A stretch of DNA of 62,893 nucleotides, the filler included, from Reclinomonas americana ATCC 50394 (Eukaryota): NCBI GenBank assembly GCA_048213135.1. It is 9 parts of 3 records of this genome, joined end to end, with 100 filler letters (N's around TTAATTAATTAA, not from the genome) between each part and the next. Parts side by side here need not be neighbours in the genome. Positions count along the whole stretch, not along the records: positions 1 to 13,166 come from PS015302.1; positions 13,267 to 28,575 come from PS015303.1; 7 more parts are not named here. The stretch is one strand, 5' to 3'. Within the stretch, counting starts at the first letter, position 1, and each line of letters starts with the position of its first letter. The position numbers and the translations under genes were made by a program. This document shows positions 12,201 to 27,740 of this stretch, one piece after another. The notes beneath the pieces are model-generated. The model ran no database searches. It was not told where the DNA came from and saw nothing but the letters and a program-made list of their open reading frames with translations.

Positions 12201-13142
12201 CCGTCTTCTTCCTGCTTTTCTGACGCACCTCGTATTCGGTGGGCCCCACTCGCCGAGCCAATGTGTACCCGTGCGACAGAGCATCAGTGAACTGGAAATC
12301 GTCGGCTGGCGACAGCTGCTCGCTGAACTTGGCGCCCAAGATTGCGGCGCCCATCGCCACATCGTCGTCATCCTGCCGAGGCACACGATGAGAAGCAGGT
12401 GGGACAAAGAAAGACTTGACGAACGATTCGCACGCACCGCTTTCATGACTTGAATGTGCGAGTGGAAGAAGCAGCGCTCCAGCAACACGTCGTGCACTCG
12501 CGGAATATGCGACGCACCACCGCCCAGCACAACACACTCGATATCGTTGGGGGTGAGACCAGCATTGCGCAGCGCCTCGTGCACCGGTGTGAGACACGGA
12601 CTGTGAGTGTCGACAGCGGTGAGCGCGAGAATGTGACATGAAAGGGCAGTCTCACATGCTCGCCTGAGCAGGTGCGCTGTGACCTCATTCATCTTGGCTC
12701 GCGTCAGCCTGTAGTTCAAGTCGAGGCCGTCGTACAGATCGGCCAGTCGCACAATGTCCACATCGTCCGACGACAGGATCTTCTTCGCCTGCTCTGCTCG
12801 CTGCATGAGACGGATGCGGGCCACAGCATCGGTTTTCATCGAACGCCGATGCGCCGTTTGGAACTCCACACTCAACAGCCTGTGTGCGCACTGATGAGAT
12901 GCACGTCAAAAGCATGCGTACATACGCTCACCACAGCCGCGTAACTCGGCAATGGCGCTGTCGAATGCACGGCCACCACAGTCCTCGTTGCCGGCCGTGC
13001 CCAACACTCGCATGCCTTGTCTCGTCATTTCCACGATCGACACACTGCAAAATCGCGCTCCGAGCACATAGACCAGCACCGTGCGCTGCTTGTGACCGTG
13101 ATCCCAGTAGTGTGTGACGGCAGCAAGTGTGCTTTCCGTGAC
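8740..13142 (-). CDS. Hsp70-like / Rab-like GTPase fusion protein, paralog 2 (5' part lost at contig end; ends in CXC prenylation motif)
   Basis: VTESTLAAVTHY, VLVYVLGARFCSVSIV, CGGRAFD, AEQAKKILS, LTRAKMNE, VVLGGGASHIP, VAMGAAILGA, lid DTLEWLEAMP. Then KLLVLGSKN|VGKT, LITIG, LMDTPGG, SYFRRAHGFILMCD, VVVNKVD, ISCSA. The last exon 8740-8847 (after GT-AG intron 8848-8915) reads DLMSVADTERSDTISLERPATQPTDEGQQSQKCAC*. Confidence 0.85.
9165..9250. repeat. (CA)n microsatellite inside an intron, adjacent to a gap
   Basis: Direct inspection: long pure CA run. Confidence 0.95.
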
Positions 13143-13210
13143 CTGCAACGATGGTGGTGCATCAACNNNNNNNNNNNNNNNNNNNNNNNNNNNNNNNNNN
13201 NNNNNNNNNN

Positions 13211-13222
13211 TTAATTAATTAA
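13211..13222. other. Artificial scaffold spacer TTAATTAATTAA flanked by N runs (also at 28620, 34037, 36622, 40258, 42000, 52736, 58765)
   Basis: Identical 12-mer giving stops in all six frames, always centred in an approximately 100-nt N block. Confidence 0.95.
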
Positions 13223-13266
13223 NNNNNNNNNNNNNNNNNNNNNNNNNNNNNNNNNNNNNNNNNNNN

Positions 13267-13707
13267 CCTCCACGCAGCACGCTTAATCACCTTGACCGCC
13301 ACCTACAACTCATAAAAGAGGAAGGGTTGCATGAGGTGCTTCTCTCCTCTCTCACACACACAGAGAGAGAGTGTGTGTGTGTGACGCACTTGCGCGCCAG
13401 CGGGTTGTCGTGGTCCGAGATCGACAAGTCGCTGCCCGAGGTACACCGTGCTGCACACTTGCATGTGAGCAGCGCATGTACACGTACTTGCTCTCTCTCT
13501 CTCTCTCACGAAGCCACTCACCCTTGCACACCGCTGTGTGAACAAGAAAGAGTGTGTGTTTTGTGTGAGATGACCATGTTCACAGACAGGCAGACGCTCG
13601 ACGCGTGTGTGCGCACACCTGCCGAGCTTCTTCAGCAGCTGGTAGTGATCATGGAAGGAGGCGCGTCCTGCTGATGCAGACGACGATGACGCCGACGCGA
13701 GTGACAT
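13267..13707 (-). CDS. Ser/Thr protein kinase, N-terminal fragment (truncated by contig end)
   Basis: Spliced: MSLAS...FHDHYQLLKKLGS|GVQG|TVYLGQR...AQ|VAVKVIKR. This gives the Gly-rich loop GxGxxG and the VAVK lysine. Confidence 0.8.
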
Positions 13708-13798
13708 GACGGCGGGAATGCTGACGAAGGACACGAGGACACATTCATTTCCCTTCCGTCCAGTCTTTCTCCACGCATGTTGGGTTATCTTCTTTCTT

Positions 13799-16470
13799 TT
13801 AGAACGGGCGGTCGGTGAGAGACGGCACGGGGCGGGCCGCGAAGAAATCAATCAGCGTGTTGACGTCGCGCACGATGCGGTCCTTGGTGAAGCCAAAGTG
13901 TGCCATCACATCCTGCGATGAATGGTGAGCACAATGTCTGCATGACATGCAGTGGCTGTGATAATGGCGTACCTTCAACGGAGCGCTGGCACCAAAGGTG
14001 CGCATGCAGTGCTGCGCATGTGAGTAGCGGTCCCAGCCTGTGCAAAGAATCGTGAGTCAGTCGGGAGTGATGCAGGAGGGGAAGGAGGATCTCCTGGGCG
14101 CGCACCAACAGCGCTGTGGGCCTCGACTGCCAGCACCGGCACGCCAGCGGGGAACACGGTCTGCTTGTACTCCAGCGGCTGCTCCTCGAAGATCTCCCAC
14201 GACGGCATGGAGACCACGCGCACGTTCTGCTCAGGGGTGGAGAAAATGAGTCACGCATAATCAACAGCAGCGAGTGTGCACGTGGCGGTGTACGCACCCG
14301 GCCGGCCTCCTTGGCAGCGTCCACGCACAGCGACACCTCACTGCCCGACGCCACCAAAATCGCGTGCGGCTCACCGGCAAAGCTGTCGGTCAGAGCATAC
14401 GCACCGCGGAAGACGCCGTCAATCGACGAGCCCTGCAGCTGCGGCAGAGCCTGGCGCGACAGTGCCAGCACACATGGGCCATGGCGGCGCTCAATGGCCA
14501 CCGCATACGCACCCGAGGTCTCGTTGCCGTCGGCCGGGCGGATGTAGTACATGCCCGGCATGGCGCGCAGCATGGTCGGCACCTCAATCGGCTGATGTGT
14601 CGGTCCGTCCTCGCCGAGGCCAATCGAGTCGTGTGTGGCCACGTACACGACACCGTGGTGTGCGAGAGCCGAAAGACGGACAGCGCCGGCGGCGTAACCA
14701 ATAAAGTTGAGGAACGTGCCGCAGTACGGGATGAATCCACCGTACGCCGCCAGGGCGTTGCTGATGGCCGCCATGCCGTGCTCGCGCACGCCAAAGCGCA
14801 GGTAGCGACCCTCGTAGTGGTCCTGCGCACCACACAGGAGAGGTTTAGCAGAAGCACAGGGAAGTAAAGTGCAGCGGACATCGAAAACACCTTCTGGAAG
14901 TCGTGGCCACCCTTGATCTCGGTCAGGTTGGATGGCGTCAGATCGGCCGAGCCACCAATCAGTGTCGGCAGGTGTCGCGCAATGGCGTTGAGGGTGAGCT
15001 CCGAGGTCTGACGAGTGGCCAGCGCCTTGTCGCCCGGATGGTACTTGGGCAACGCATCGCGCCACGCAGTGCCGAGCTCGCTGCGAGAGAATGCTGCATA
15101 GTCGCCAGCCTGGTCCGGATGCTCGGCCAGGAAACGATCGACGGCCGCATGCCACTCGGCCTCCTTGGCCGCACCACGCTCCGCCGCCTCGTGGAACGCC
15201 GCACGCACGCTGTCGGGCACTACAAACGACTGCGCCGGGTCGAAGCCAAAGGCGGTCTTCAGGGCCGCCAAGTTGGCGGGTCCAAGCGGCGATCCGTGCA
15301 CTTTCTCCGTGCCGGCCAACACCGAGCCGAAGCCAATGGTGGTTCTGCGTGGAGAAGAATGAGAGAGAGAGAGAGAGAGCGCGCGCGAGAGAGAGAGAGG
15401 CGACGCAACTGCAGACGAATGATCGACGGGCGGTCGGTGACGGCGCGCGCCTCGTTGATGGCACGTCGAATGCCGTCGAGATCCGTGTCGCCGTTCTCCA
15501 CGTACTGCACATGCCAGCCGGCGGAGTGGAAGCGACCGTCCGTGTCCTCCGTGAACGCCAACTCCGTGCTGCCGTCAATGGAGATGTGGTTGTCGTCGTA
15601 GATGAGAACCAGGCGGCCGAGACCGAGGTGACCGGCCAGCGAGATGGCCTCTTGCGAGATGCCCTCCATCAGGCATCCATCGCCGCAAAACACATACACG
15701 TAGTGATCGGCGACCTCCGGAGCGAAGCGCTTGGCCAGATGGTGCTGCGCAATCGCAAAGCCCACCGCGTTGGCCAACCCCTGTCCCAGCGGACCCGTGG
15801 TGACCTCCACTCCCGGCGTGTGGCCGCTCTCCGGATGGCCCGGCGTCCTACGCGACACGATGATGAGGAGACGAGAGGCAAACGAGGGAAACAGCGCCCT
15901 GTCTCTTGGTGTACGCAACAGAGAGCCGAGCGAGCGGAAGCGACGCAGCTGGTCCAGCGACATATCCTCGACTCCCATCAGATGCAACATCGTGTACAGC
16001 AACTGCACAATCACAACTCACTCAGCACCCCTCGAGACACAGCAGCAGAGGAGACTCTCACGTAACTGCACAGCCGTGACCATTGGAGAGCACGAAACGA
16101 TCGCGGGCGTACTGCAAAAGAAGAGCACAATGTGAGCAATCAAATCACAGATGCAAAGATGCGTTTTGTGTGAGCAATGTGAAGGGTGGTAAAGCAGCGT
16201 ACCCACGAGGTGTTGCGCGGGTTGAAGTTGATGAACTCCTTCCACAAGACGTAGGCCACAGGCGCCATGCCCAGCGGCATGCCTATTCACACGCACACAA
16301 AGAAGACAACACACACACAAAGACGAGGGAATCAGCTTCGTGTCTCTCTCTCCTCTGTGCGTGTACATCATGTGTCACATGCCTGGGTGACCAGAGTTGC
16401 CGGCTTGCACTGCGTCGGCGGCAAGCACGCGGATGGTGTTGATGGCCAGTGTCTCTGCCTCGGAAGCCAT
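13799..16470 (-). CDS. TKT: Transketolase
   Basis: [54 protein letters not shown] (ThDP motif), [55 protein letters not shown]; stop at 13799. Confidence 0.97.
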
Positions 16471-17037
16471 GATTGTGTATGCGGTGGGGGTGGTGGGGGA
16501 ACGGAGAGCGGGTAGTGTTGGTGAGTGCTCACAGCGAGACTCAAAGTATCAGTGAGGACGCAGGCAGCTGTTTCTGCCGGGTCCGCCTCGTCCTCGACGT
16601 AAACGATGAAACTCCTGTCTTACACCCTCGTTGCAAGACAGTGTTTTTGTGCGCTTGATGACGATGATGCGCTGTGGGCGGTGGTGGGAGGAAGTGAGGG
16701 GGAGAAGAGGAGAAGGAGGAGCGAGATCGATTGCAAGATGGAGGCCCGGAAGAATTCGCAGTTGTCGACGTTGCGCGCGTGTGGAAACAAGGTATGCGAG
16801 CTGTTGGAACATCGTGCTCTACATTCGCAGCGTAAAAGAGGAAGCGCAGGCGAGAGAGAGTGCAGAAAAACCCCTGCATGCATGTACATGTTCGGTTTTC
16901 GACCGCGGCGTGCAAGCAGACGGCTCTGCGTGGCCAGGTGCCCTCAGGATGACGATCCTCCGCTGCGCATGGCTGGGCCACGCACCCTTGTGGGAGGCAG
17001 TTGGGCGGCTGCATCGAGTTCTGTGTGTTGGGCTGAT

Positions 17038-17643
17038 CTATGTCGCGTCCGTCTTGGCCATGCTGCTCTCCACACGACGCTTCAGCTGCTCATTGAAGCC
17101 CGCATACATGGCTTGCATCACTTCCGTGTCTGGCGATGTTTGGAAGAGGCGCTGCGCCACGCGACAGAAGCCCGTGGCCAGCGGACCCTCAAACACCTCC
17201 TCTTGCACGACGCGCGTCTGATTGCCCCCGTCGGCATGCAGCTGGAACGAGTGGCACACACGGAACAGACCGCCAGGCAGAGATGCTTGCCAAGCCACTC
17301 TCCCCTCCTGCGCTTGCGAAGGTGGTGTGTGGGTGACACTTGCGCGCGATAAGATCCGAACACACACACTCACCTGCTCCGAGCACTCCACCACTCGCAC
17401 TGGCACCGGCACCGCCGACAGCGCCGCCGCGAGTGCACGTGTGATCACACTGGCACCCTCCTTTCGCGCCTCCAGCCACATGGCAGCGCGCGGCTGCAGC
17501 CACCACCATGACGCAGCCGCGGGAAACGCACGGAAACGCCAAAGTGTGCACCACTCGTCGTACGCAAGCCAATCAGTGACAAGAACACGCCACACATCGC
17601 TGCGTGGAGCGGCGATAAAGGTCGCCGCGCGGAAGACGAGCAT
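17038..17643 (-). CDS. SRPBCC / polyketide cyclase-dehydrase (START-like) family protein
   Basis: N-terminal IAAPRSDVWRVLVTDWLAYDEW, then HSFQLHADGGNQTRVVQEEVFEG and a C-terminal helix MYAGFNEQLKRRVE. One in-frame intron likely. Confidence 0.8.
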   Translation of the reverse strand: MLVFRAATFIAAPRSDVWRVLVTDWLAYDEWCTLWRFRAFPAAASWWWLQPRAAMWLEARKEGASVITRALAAALSAVPVPVRVVECSEQVSVCVRILSRASVTHTPPSQAQEGRVAWQASLPGGLFRVCHSFQLHADGGNQTRVVQEEVFEGPLATGFCRVAQRLFQTSPDTEVMQAMYAGFNEQLKRRVESSMAKTDAT

Positions 17644-17710
17644 TCAGATTCACCATTTCACTTGGTGAACCAACCACCTCACCAACACATAACATCACAC
17701 ATCTCGCACC

Positions 17711-18725
17711 ATGGGGGACAGCGGCGACGACGACGACTGGATCGAGTATTTTGACTCCACGTCGCACCGGCCGTACTTCCTCTCGCTGCGCACTGGCGCA
17801 TGTCAGTGGAACCGGCCTCTGGCGGGCACAGCGCGCGTCATCCGCCATGTCAACTCCAACAGCGAGCACCCCCCGCCGCCTCCACCTCCTCCCTCACACC
17901 CACCAGCACCCGGCCAGCCGCACCATCCTCCTCATCACCACCACCACCACCAGCCTTCTGGCCCACCTCGCTCACTACCAGTGCCGCCACCGCCTGGATC
18001 GCGGCCCTCTTCCGGCTCCAATGCACACCGTGCGCTCTCCAGCTCCGCCGATCCCGACTCTCTGCGCAAGCCCGGTGCTGCTGCAGTGCCGCCTCCGGTG
18101 CCTGCCACTGCGCCTCCACCACGTCGACTCGGCGCCGACCGTCTCGCCATCTTTCAAGGTGTGTGTGTGTGTCTGCTTCCTGTGTGGTTCCATTCAATCA
18201 TCTCAATCATCTCAATCATCATTCAGCCGCGGCTTCATCGGCGGCTGCGCCCTCCAATGCGCCACCGACGAGGCAACGAGCGCCGGCGGACTCGCATGTG
18301 TCGCCACCGCCACCACCGCCACCACAGGCGGTGGCAAGTGGCGAGAGTGCGGGGCCACGTGGTGGTGAGAGTGATGGGCAGGCATCTGAGACCGCCGCCC
18401 AGGCGCTGCTGAGGAGGCCACCGCCGCCAGTGCCACCGCCGCGACGCTCTGCGGCGTTTAATGATTCGGCGGTGGGGACGCAACTGAGTGATGGTGATGG
18501 GAATGCGACGACGACCACCACCACCACCCCAGCGCGCAGCAGCAGCGTCGAGTGGATCGCCGTGGAAGTCGCCGTCGTTTGCTCCGCCTCCGGTCCCGGC
18601 ACGCGCGCTGCCTGTTGGTACGTTCTCTCCACTCCCATCTCTCCCCTTGTTGCACACTGATTTGCATGTCGCCGGTACAGTCCCGCCCGTCGCCGCGTCT
18701 GATCCACCACCGCCTGCTGGTACGT

Positions 18726-18758
<33 letters not shown>

Positions 18759-19770
18759 AGATGGTCTCTGTGCCGTGCTGTGCACTCTTCCCTCACCTTT
18801 GTGTGTGTGCGCGCGCAGCAAAACCCGCGGCTGTTGGTGCAGCGATTCCGCCGGTTCCGCCACCGCGACCTGCAGCCGCACGGCCCATCCTTCCGTTCGT
18901 GGTGACACCAGAGGATGCGGGCGAGGATAGCAGCAGTGAGGACGAGGGCGACGACACATCGCAGTCGGACAACGACGGAGACAAGACACCGGCTTCGGCG
19001 GCGTCGTCGTCACCTGCACCGCAGCGACTTCTTCCGCCGGTGCCTGCCGTAACTGCAGGGTCGCGCGGTAGTGTGCTCAATCGCTGGCCCCTGGCGACGC
19101 AGGAGAGTGAGCCAGCTCCACAACAAAAGCCACGGCGCTCATTACCGCCGCGGCCTGTGATGCCCCGACTCACGGAGACTGTCGGACACGATGACGTGCC
19201 GGACGATGTCTCGTGGACTCGTGAGCCCTCCATCGACGGCGACGGGCAGCGCACTACCACAGAGCAACCATTGTCAACAGCAGCAGCAGCAGCAGTCACA
19301 ACTACTGCATCAGTGGAAACGGTGCGTGTGGACTGTACTCTGGAGGGTGGGTGGGAGATCGTCTGACTGTTTGTGTGTGTGCGTGCAGACTGGGGATGCC
19401 GAGCAGGAGGAATATGGAGCGGAAGACAGTACGCCACAGCCTGCACAGGACGACGAGTCGGCTGCGGATGCACAGTACAGCCAGTCGACCCCAGCCGGTG
19501 CCTACTACTACGATTACGAACGTGGAGAGTGGGTGTGGATGGAGGGAGCGGCAGACGAGGCAGAAGCGGCATCTATGGCGGCGGCGGCAGCAGCGGAAGC
19601 ACAAGCAGAAGCAGAGGACGCAGCTGGAGGCGACACCTATCTGGCGCAGTCGGTGTCGGCGTCGACCGATGGTGGCGCGGGGTGGGTGCCGGAGATGCGT
19701 GTCGACAGCGATCAGGACGATGGTGACGGTAGTGACGCCGGCCTGGCAGCTTCTGCCTCCGCAGAGCCTG
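17711..19770 (+). CDS. ARHGAP39/Vilse-like protein, N-terminal part (WW domain plus proline-rich region)
   Basis: WIEYFDSTSHRPYFLSLRTGACQWNRP (WW domain), poly-Pro/His tracts, later YYYDYERGEWVW motif. Confidence 0.65.
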
Positions 19771-20083
19771 NNNNNNNNNNNNNNNNNNNNNNNNNNNNNN
19801 NNNNNNNNNNNNNNNNNNNNNNNNNNNNNNNNNNNNNNNNNNNNNNNNNNNNNNNNNNNNNNNNNNNNNNNNNNNNNNNNNNNNNNNNNNNNNNNNNNNN
19901 NNNNNNNNNNNNNNNNNNNNNNNNNNNNNNNNNNNNNNNNNNNNNNNNNNNNNNNNNNNNNNNNNNNNNNNNNNNNNNNNNNNNNNNNNNNNNNNNNNNN
20001 NNNNNNNNNNNNNNNNNNNNNNNNNNNNNNNNNNNNNNNNNNNNNNNNNNNNNNNNNNNNNNNNNNNNNNNNNNNNNNNNNNN

Positions 20084-20403
20084 ACACCCGCCGCGACGAA
20101 TCCTGGTGCACGGGCGATCCAAACAGCGCATTACTCATCATTACTGTCGACTGTCGCCGATCCCACACAGCGCCGAGGATGGAGCGCGGCTTCATGGCAC
20201 CGTCGTATTGTGCATCGTCGTCACTGCCCTCGCCATCATCCGCATCCGCACCATCCGCACCGTTACCGTACGCTTCATCGTCCACCGATCCCAGCGAGAG
20301 GCCAGCGCCGGCTGCCTCACATGACGGATCGTTCTCGTACGGCTCGTCGGGTGTCGTCCACTGCGTCTGATCCGTAAAACGGTCCCAGAAGTAAAACTTG
20401 CCC
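20084..20403 (-). CDS. WW-domain exon, probably of the same ARHGAP39-like gene (contig inverted)
   Basis: GKFYFWDRFTDQTQWTTP followed by an acidic linker. Confidence 0.6.
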
Positions 20404-21206
20404 TGCATTCCCCGCCCGAGACGGTGAGACGCCCCCCTCACATTCTCTTGCCTCATCATCCAACAATCCACACACCTGCGCCGCATCAAAGATGCGAACG
20501 TAGCGACGCACTTCTGNNNNNNNNNNNNNNNNNNNNNNNNNNNNNNNNNNNNNNNNNNNNNNNNNNNNNNNNNNNNNNNNNNNNNNNNNNNNNNNNNNNN
20601 NNNNNNNNNNNNNNNNNNNNNNNNNNNNNNNNNNNNNNNNNNNNNNNNNNNNNNNNNNNNNNNNNNNNNNNNNNNNNNNNNNNNNNNNNNNNNNNNNNNN
20701 NNNNNNNNNNNNNNNNNNNNNNNNNNNNNNNNNNNNNNNNNNNNNNNNNNNNNNNNNNNNNNNNNNNNNNNNNNNNNNNNNNNNNNNNNNNNNNNNNNNN
20801 NNNNNNNNNNNNNNNNNNNNNNNNNNNNNNNNNNNNNNNNNNNNNNNNNNNNNNNNNNNNNNNNNNNNNNNNNNNNNNNNNNNNNNNNNNNNNNNNNNNN
20901 NNNNNNNNNNNNNNNNNNNNNNNNNNNNNNNNNNNNNNNNNNNNNNNNNNNNNNNNNNNNNNNNNNNNNNNNNNNNNNNNNNNNNNNNNNNNNNNNNNNN
21001 NNNNNNNNNNNNNNNNNNNNNNNNNNNNNNNNNNNNNNNNNNNNNNNNNNNNNNNNNNNNNNNNNNNNNNNNNNNNNNNNNNNNNNNNNNNNNNNNNNNN
21101 NNNNNNNNNNNNNNNNNNNNNNNNNNNNNNNNNNNNNNNNNNNNNNNNNNNNNNNNNNNNNNTGAGACCAGGGAACGAGATGACAGCAAGCAGACGAGGA
21201 ACGGAA

Positions 21207-23007
21207 CTACGAGGCAACTGGAATTAGCGGCTCTGACAATTGACGCATCCACAACTTGAACAGCGACGCGCTGACGTGTGCCCTGGTCTCCTCGTTGATC
21301 GCCCCCAGATTTCCCCTCATGCACTCTTCGCGCAGTGACCTTACACCGGCTGCATCACCAGGCACCCTGCACACGCACACACGCAAAGGCAAAGGAGGTG
21401 AGTACCGATCGCGTTGAGATCATCTCGCAAGACTGCGCGGCGCACCTAAAGAGTCCCTCCTCGGAGAAGCCGTTCAGTCGCTTGATAGAGTCGGTCAGCA
21501 TGATCAAGATTCGCGGCAATCGTTCCTCGGGCCACACTGACGACTGCCACAACATGTGTTCCTCCAATGTACATCCAAAAATCGGCAACCATATCGGCAG
21601 TAGCTGTGTGTGCATGCGCATATTAATATCATTCTTGTCGCTGCCCACAGACAACCTAACCCGCACAACTCACCAGTGCGGCCTCGACTTCTTCATCTGG
21701 TGGCGTTGATAAGCGGCCCGTTCCGCGCTCACATGACTTGATCAGGAATGTGAAACAGAGTCGTGCCACTCGCGACGTGTCGGGATCTGCACCATCGGCG
21801 ACACACGATGAGAGCACGCTCTCCAACACACAACAGCGGCTTCTGGGGAAAAGACTCCCGCACCTCTCTTCTCGGCACGTTCAGACAAAAACCCCAGCAG
21901 CGAGTCCCGTAACCGGTCGGAAGGTGGAAACGATTTGCAAGCCAAACACAAGAGTTGCCATGCGCGCATCTCACTCGACCTGCCAGTGCAGGTGAGAAGC
22001 GGGCACGTCACGAGATGAGGAGAGAGGCGGTGGCGACTCACCGCTTCGGATTCTCGGTCGTGTGTCGACACAACAAACAAAACAACTCGTCGCGCAGCTC
22101 TGGTTCCTTGACGGCAGGCTCCAGCACCTCTCTGGCCACCGGAATCTCAGGTCGAGGATTTTTGGTTTCGCCACAGAACTCGGCAATCCGTAAGCAGCAC
22201 CAACGCGAGGGGAGGAGGAAGAAAGCCGCAAGTCAGCACCACTCGCCGAAGACGAAAGAGGGAAATAAAGAGAGATTGCACATATCTGACGCCATATCCA
22301 CTGCCGTCTTGTCTAACCGCGAATCAGACAACTTGTGTAATGGCTTGTCAAACGGCTGTATTGGGAGGCGTGAGCTCATCACGCACAAGATATGCGAAGA
22401 GTGAGAGAGATATGCGACGCACCTTGCCCCACACAATGAGCTGTTCGCCCTTGATCTTCTTAAACATGCTGATTTTCTGCTTCCCAAACTGTACACGGGC
22501 ATAATCGGCGAGGGTGACGGTGGAGCTGGAATGGACGCGCGAGGTGTGAGACCAATGAAGAGAACAGGTGCACACCCACAGCACGCAACTGAAAGGCGAT
22601 TTTCGGAAACGGGTCCATGTTGGACGGCATTACAAACGCGTTCGAGGAACTCCCCTATAATAACAACACACCGTGAGTAAGTAGCAAGCAAGCACGCCCA
22701 ACTCCCTTTCGCATACATGTGCTCACCGAACTGGCGGCCTGGTACGCTTGCACAGAGGCTTGACTCAGTCGATTTAGCTCGGCTGTGGTCAGATTCTGCA
22801 GCGTCGTCAAGCGCAGCTCGCGGCTGCGCGACTCGAATGCTTGCGCCACACTCTGTGCCGGATGTGCGGCGGCGGCGCTTTCGCCCATGCCGGCCACATA
22901 CGGCTCGGAGAAGCTGCGTCCACACTCGGCCGCCGAGACGCGTGCCGCACCGCGAACAGGAACCGGCGGCGGCACAAGCGCGGTCGGCTGGCGTGCCGAC
23001 ACTGGAG
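21207..23007 (-). CDS. MyTH4 domain plus RhoGAP N-half of ARHGAP39-like protein (contig inverted)
   Basis: MyTH4: LRDELFC, RAWQLLCLACKSFPPS. RhoGAP: IFGCTLEE, LPRILIML, EGLFRVPG (arginine finger), ASLFKLWMRQLSEPLIP. Confidence 0.85.
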
Positions 23008-23332
23008 NNNNNNNNNNNNNNNNNNNNNNNNNNNNNNNNNNNNNNNNNNNNNNNNNNNNNNNNNNNNNNNNNNNNNNNNNNNNNNNNNNNNNNNNNNNNN
23101 NNNNNNNNNNNNNNNNNNNNNNNNNNNNNNNNNNNNNNNNNNNNNNNNNNNNNNNNNNNNNNNNNNNNNNNNNNNNNNNNNNNNNNNNNNNNNNNNNNNN
23201 NNNNNNNNNNNNNNNNNNNNNNNNNNNNNNNNNNNNNNNNNNNNNNNNNNNNNNNNNNNNNNNNNNNNNNNNNNNNNNNNNNNNNNNNNNNNNNNNNNNN
23301 NNNNNNNNNNNNNNNNNNNNNNNNNNNNNNNG

Positions 23333-23471
23333 GTACCGATCAGCGTTCACGGGGCGGCAACTGCCGCAGTTTATGCGGCAGAGTTGGATGACAAACTTCA
23401 CACCGCGACCGCATTCTGCGCGGCCGCAGGTGCCCGTCACAGAGCACATACGACCTGCCTCCGCCCGCTGA
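23333..23471 (+). CDS. Terminal exon of the repeat protein at 24.2-27.7 kb (contig inverted)
   Basis: Phase-2 join ...DPYMT(ac|g)YRSAFTGRQLPQFMRQSW...ASAR* completes a TTYRSAF motif. Confidence 0.55.
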
Positions 23472-23575
23472 GAGCGTAGACCACCCTCTGCGACGTACTG
23501 CTCCTGCTCAATAAATGAAACACACGCCCTAGGATACTCGCACAAAATGTTCGCGAACAGATGCCGTATGCCGGC

Positions 23576-23962
23576 TTACAATAAGTCAGAATGCACAATC
23601 AGATTCTTGACAAAGCTGTGCTCCAGCTGCGAGTTGCGCATGATGACACGCGGGTCGTCGGTGATCGATCGTAGCAGGTTGGGACAAAACACCAGAGCCA
23701 AGTTGTCGGGTCCCATTAGTGTGCGCGCCTGTGTACATGGATGAACAATCAAATCAGTTCGTTGGACGGGGGAAGAGAGAGAGAGAGAGAGAGAGAGGAG
23801 ATATGCACCTGAATCTCTGGCGTGCACATGGAATTAAGAAACTCGCACACAAACTTGACCACTCGGTAGTTGTCCTCGGGGATCTCCTTGAGCACACGAA
23901 TGCTGGCGTTGTAGTCGTTGGCGGTCGTCAAACACTTGTCGCTGTCGCGTCCAACAACACCG
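23576..23962 (-). CDS. RhoGAP C-terminal part of ARHGAP39-like protein (contig inverted)
   Basis: LKEIPEDNYRVVKFVCEFL, TLMGPDNLALVFCPNLLRS; stop at 23576. Confidence 0.85.
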
Positions 23963-24222
23963 NNNNNNNNNNNNNNNNNNNNNNNNNNNNNNNNNNNNNN
24001 NNNNNNNNNNNNNNNNNNNNNNNNNNNNNNNNNNNNNNNNNNNNNNNNNNNNNNNNNNNNNNNNNNNNNNNNNNNNNNNNNNNNNNNNNNNNNNNNNNNN
24101 NNNNNNNNNNNNNNNNNNNNNNNNNNNNNNNNNNNNNNNNNNNNNNNNTGCATTGTGGGAGAGACCAGCTGTTTAGATTACAAGAGCAGAACCGTAGGCA
24201 GCGTGCACATGCACAACGCAAC

Positions 24223-27740
<3,518 letters not shown>

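Noticed and set aside
13211..13222. Recurrent TTAATTAATTAA palindrome as a biological element (TTAA target site, spacer)
   Set aside because: It always sits in the centre of a fixed-length N block, so it is an artificial six-frame-stop linker.
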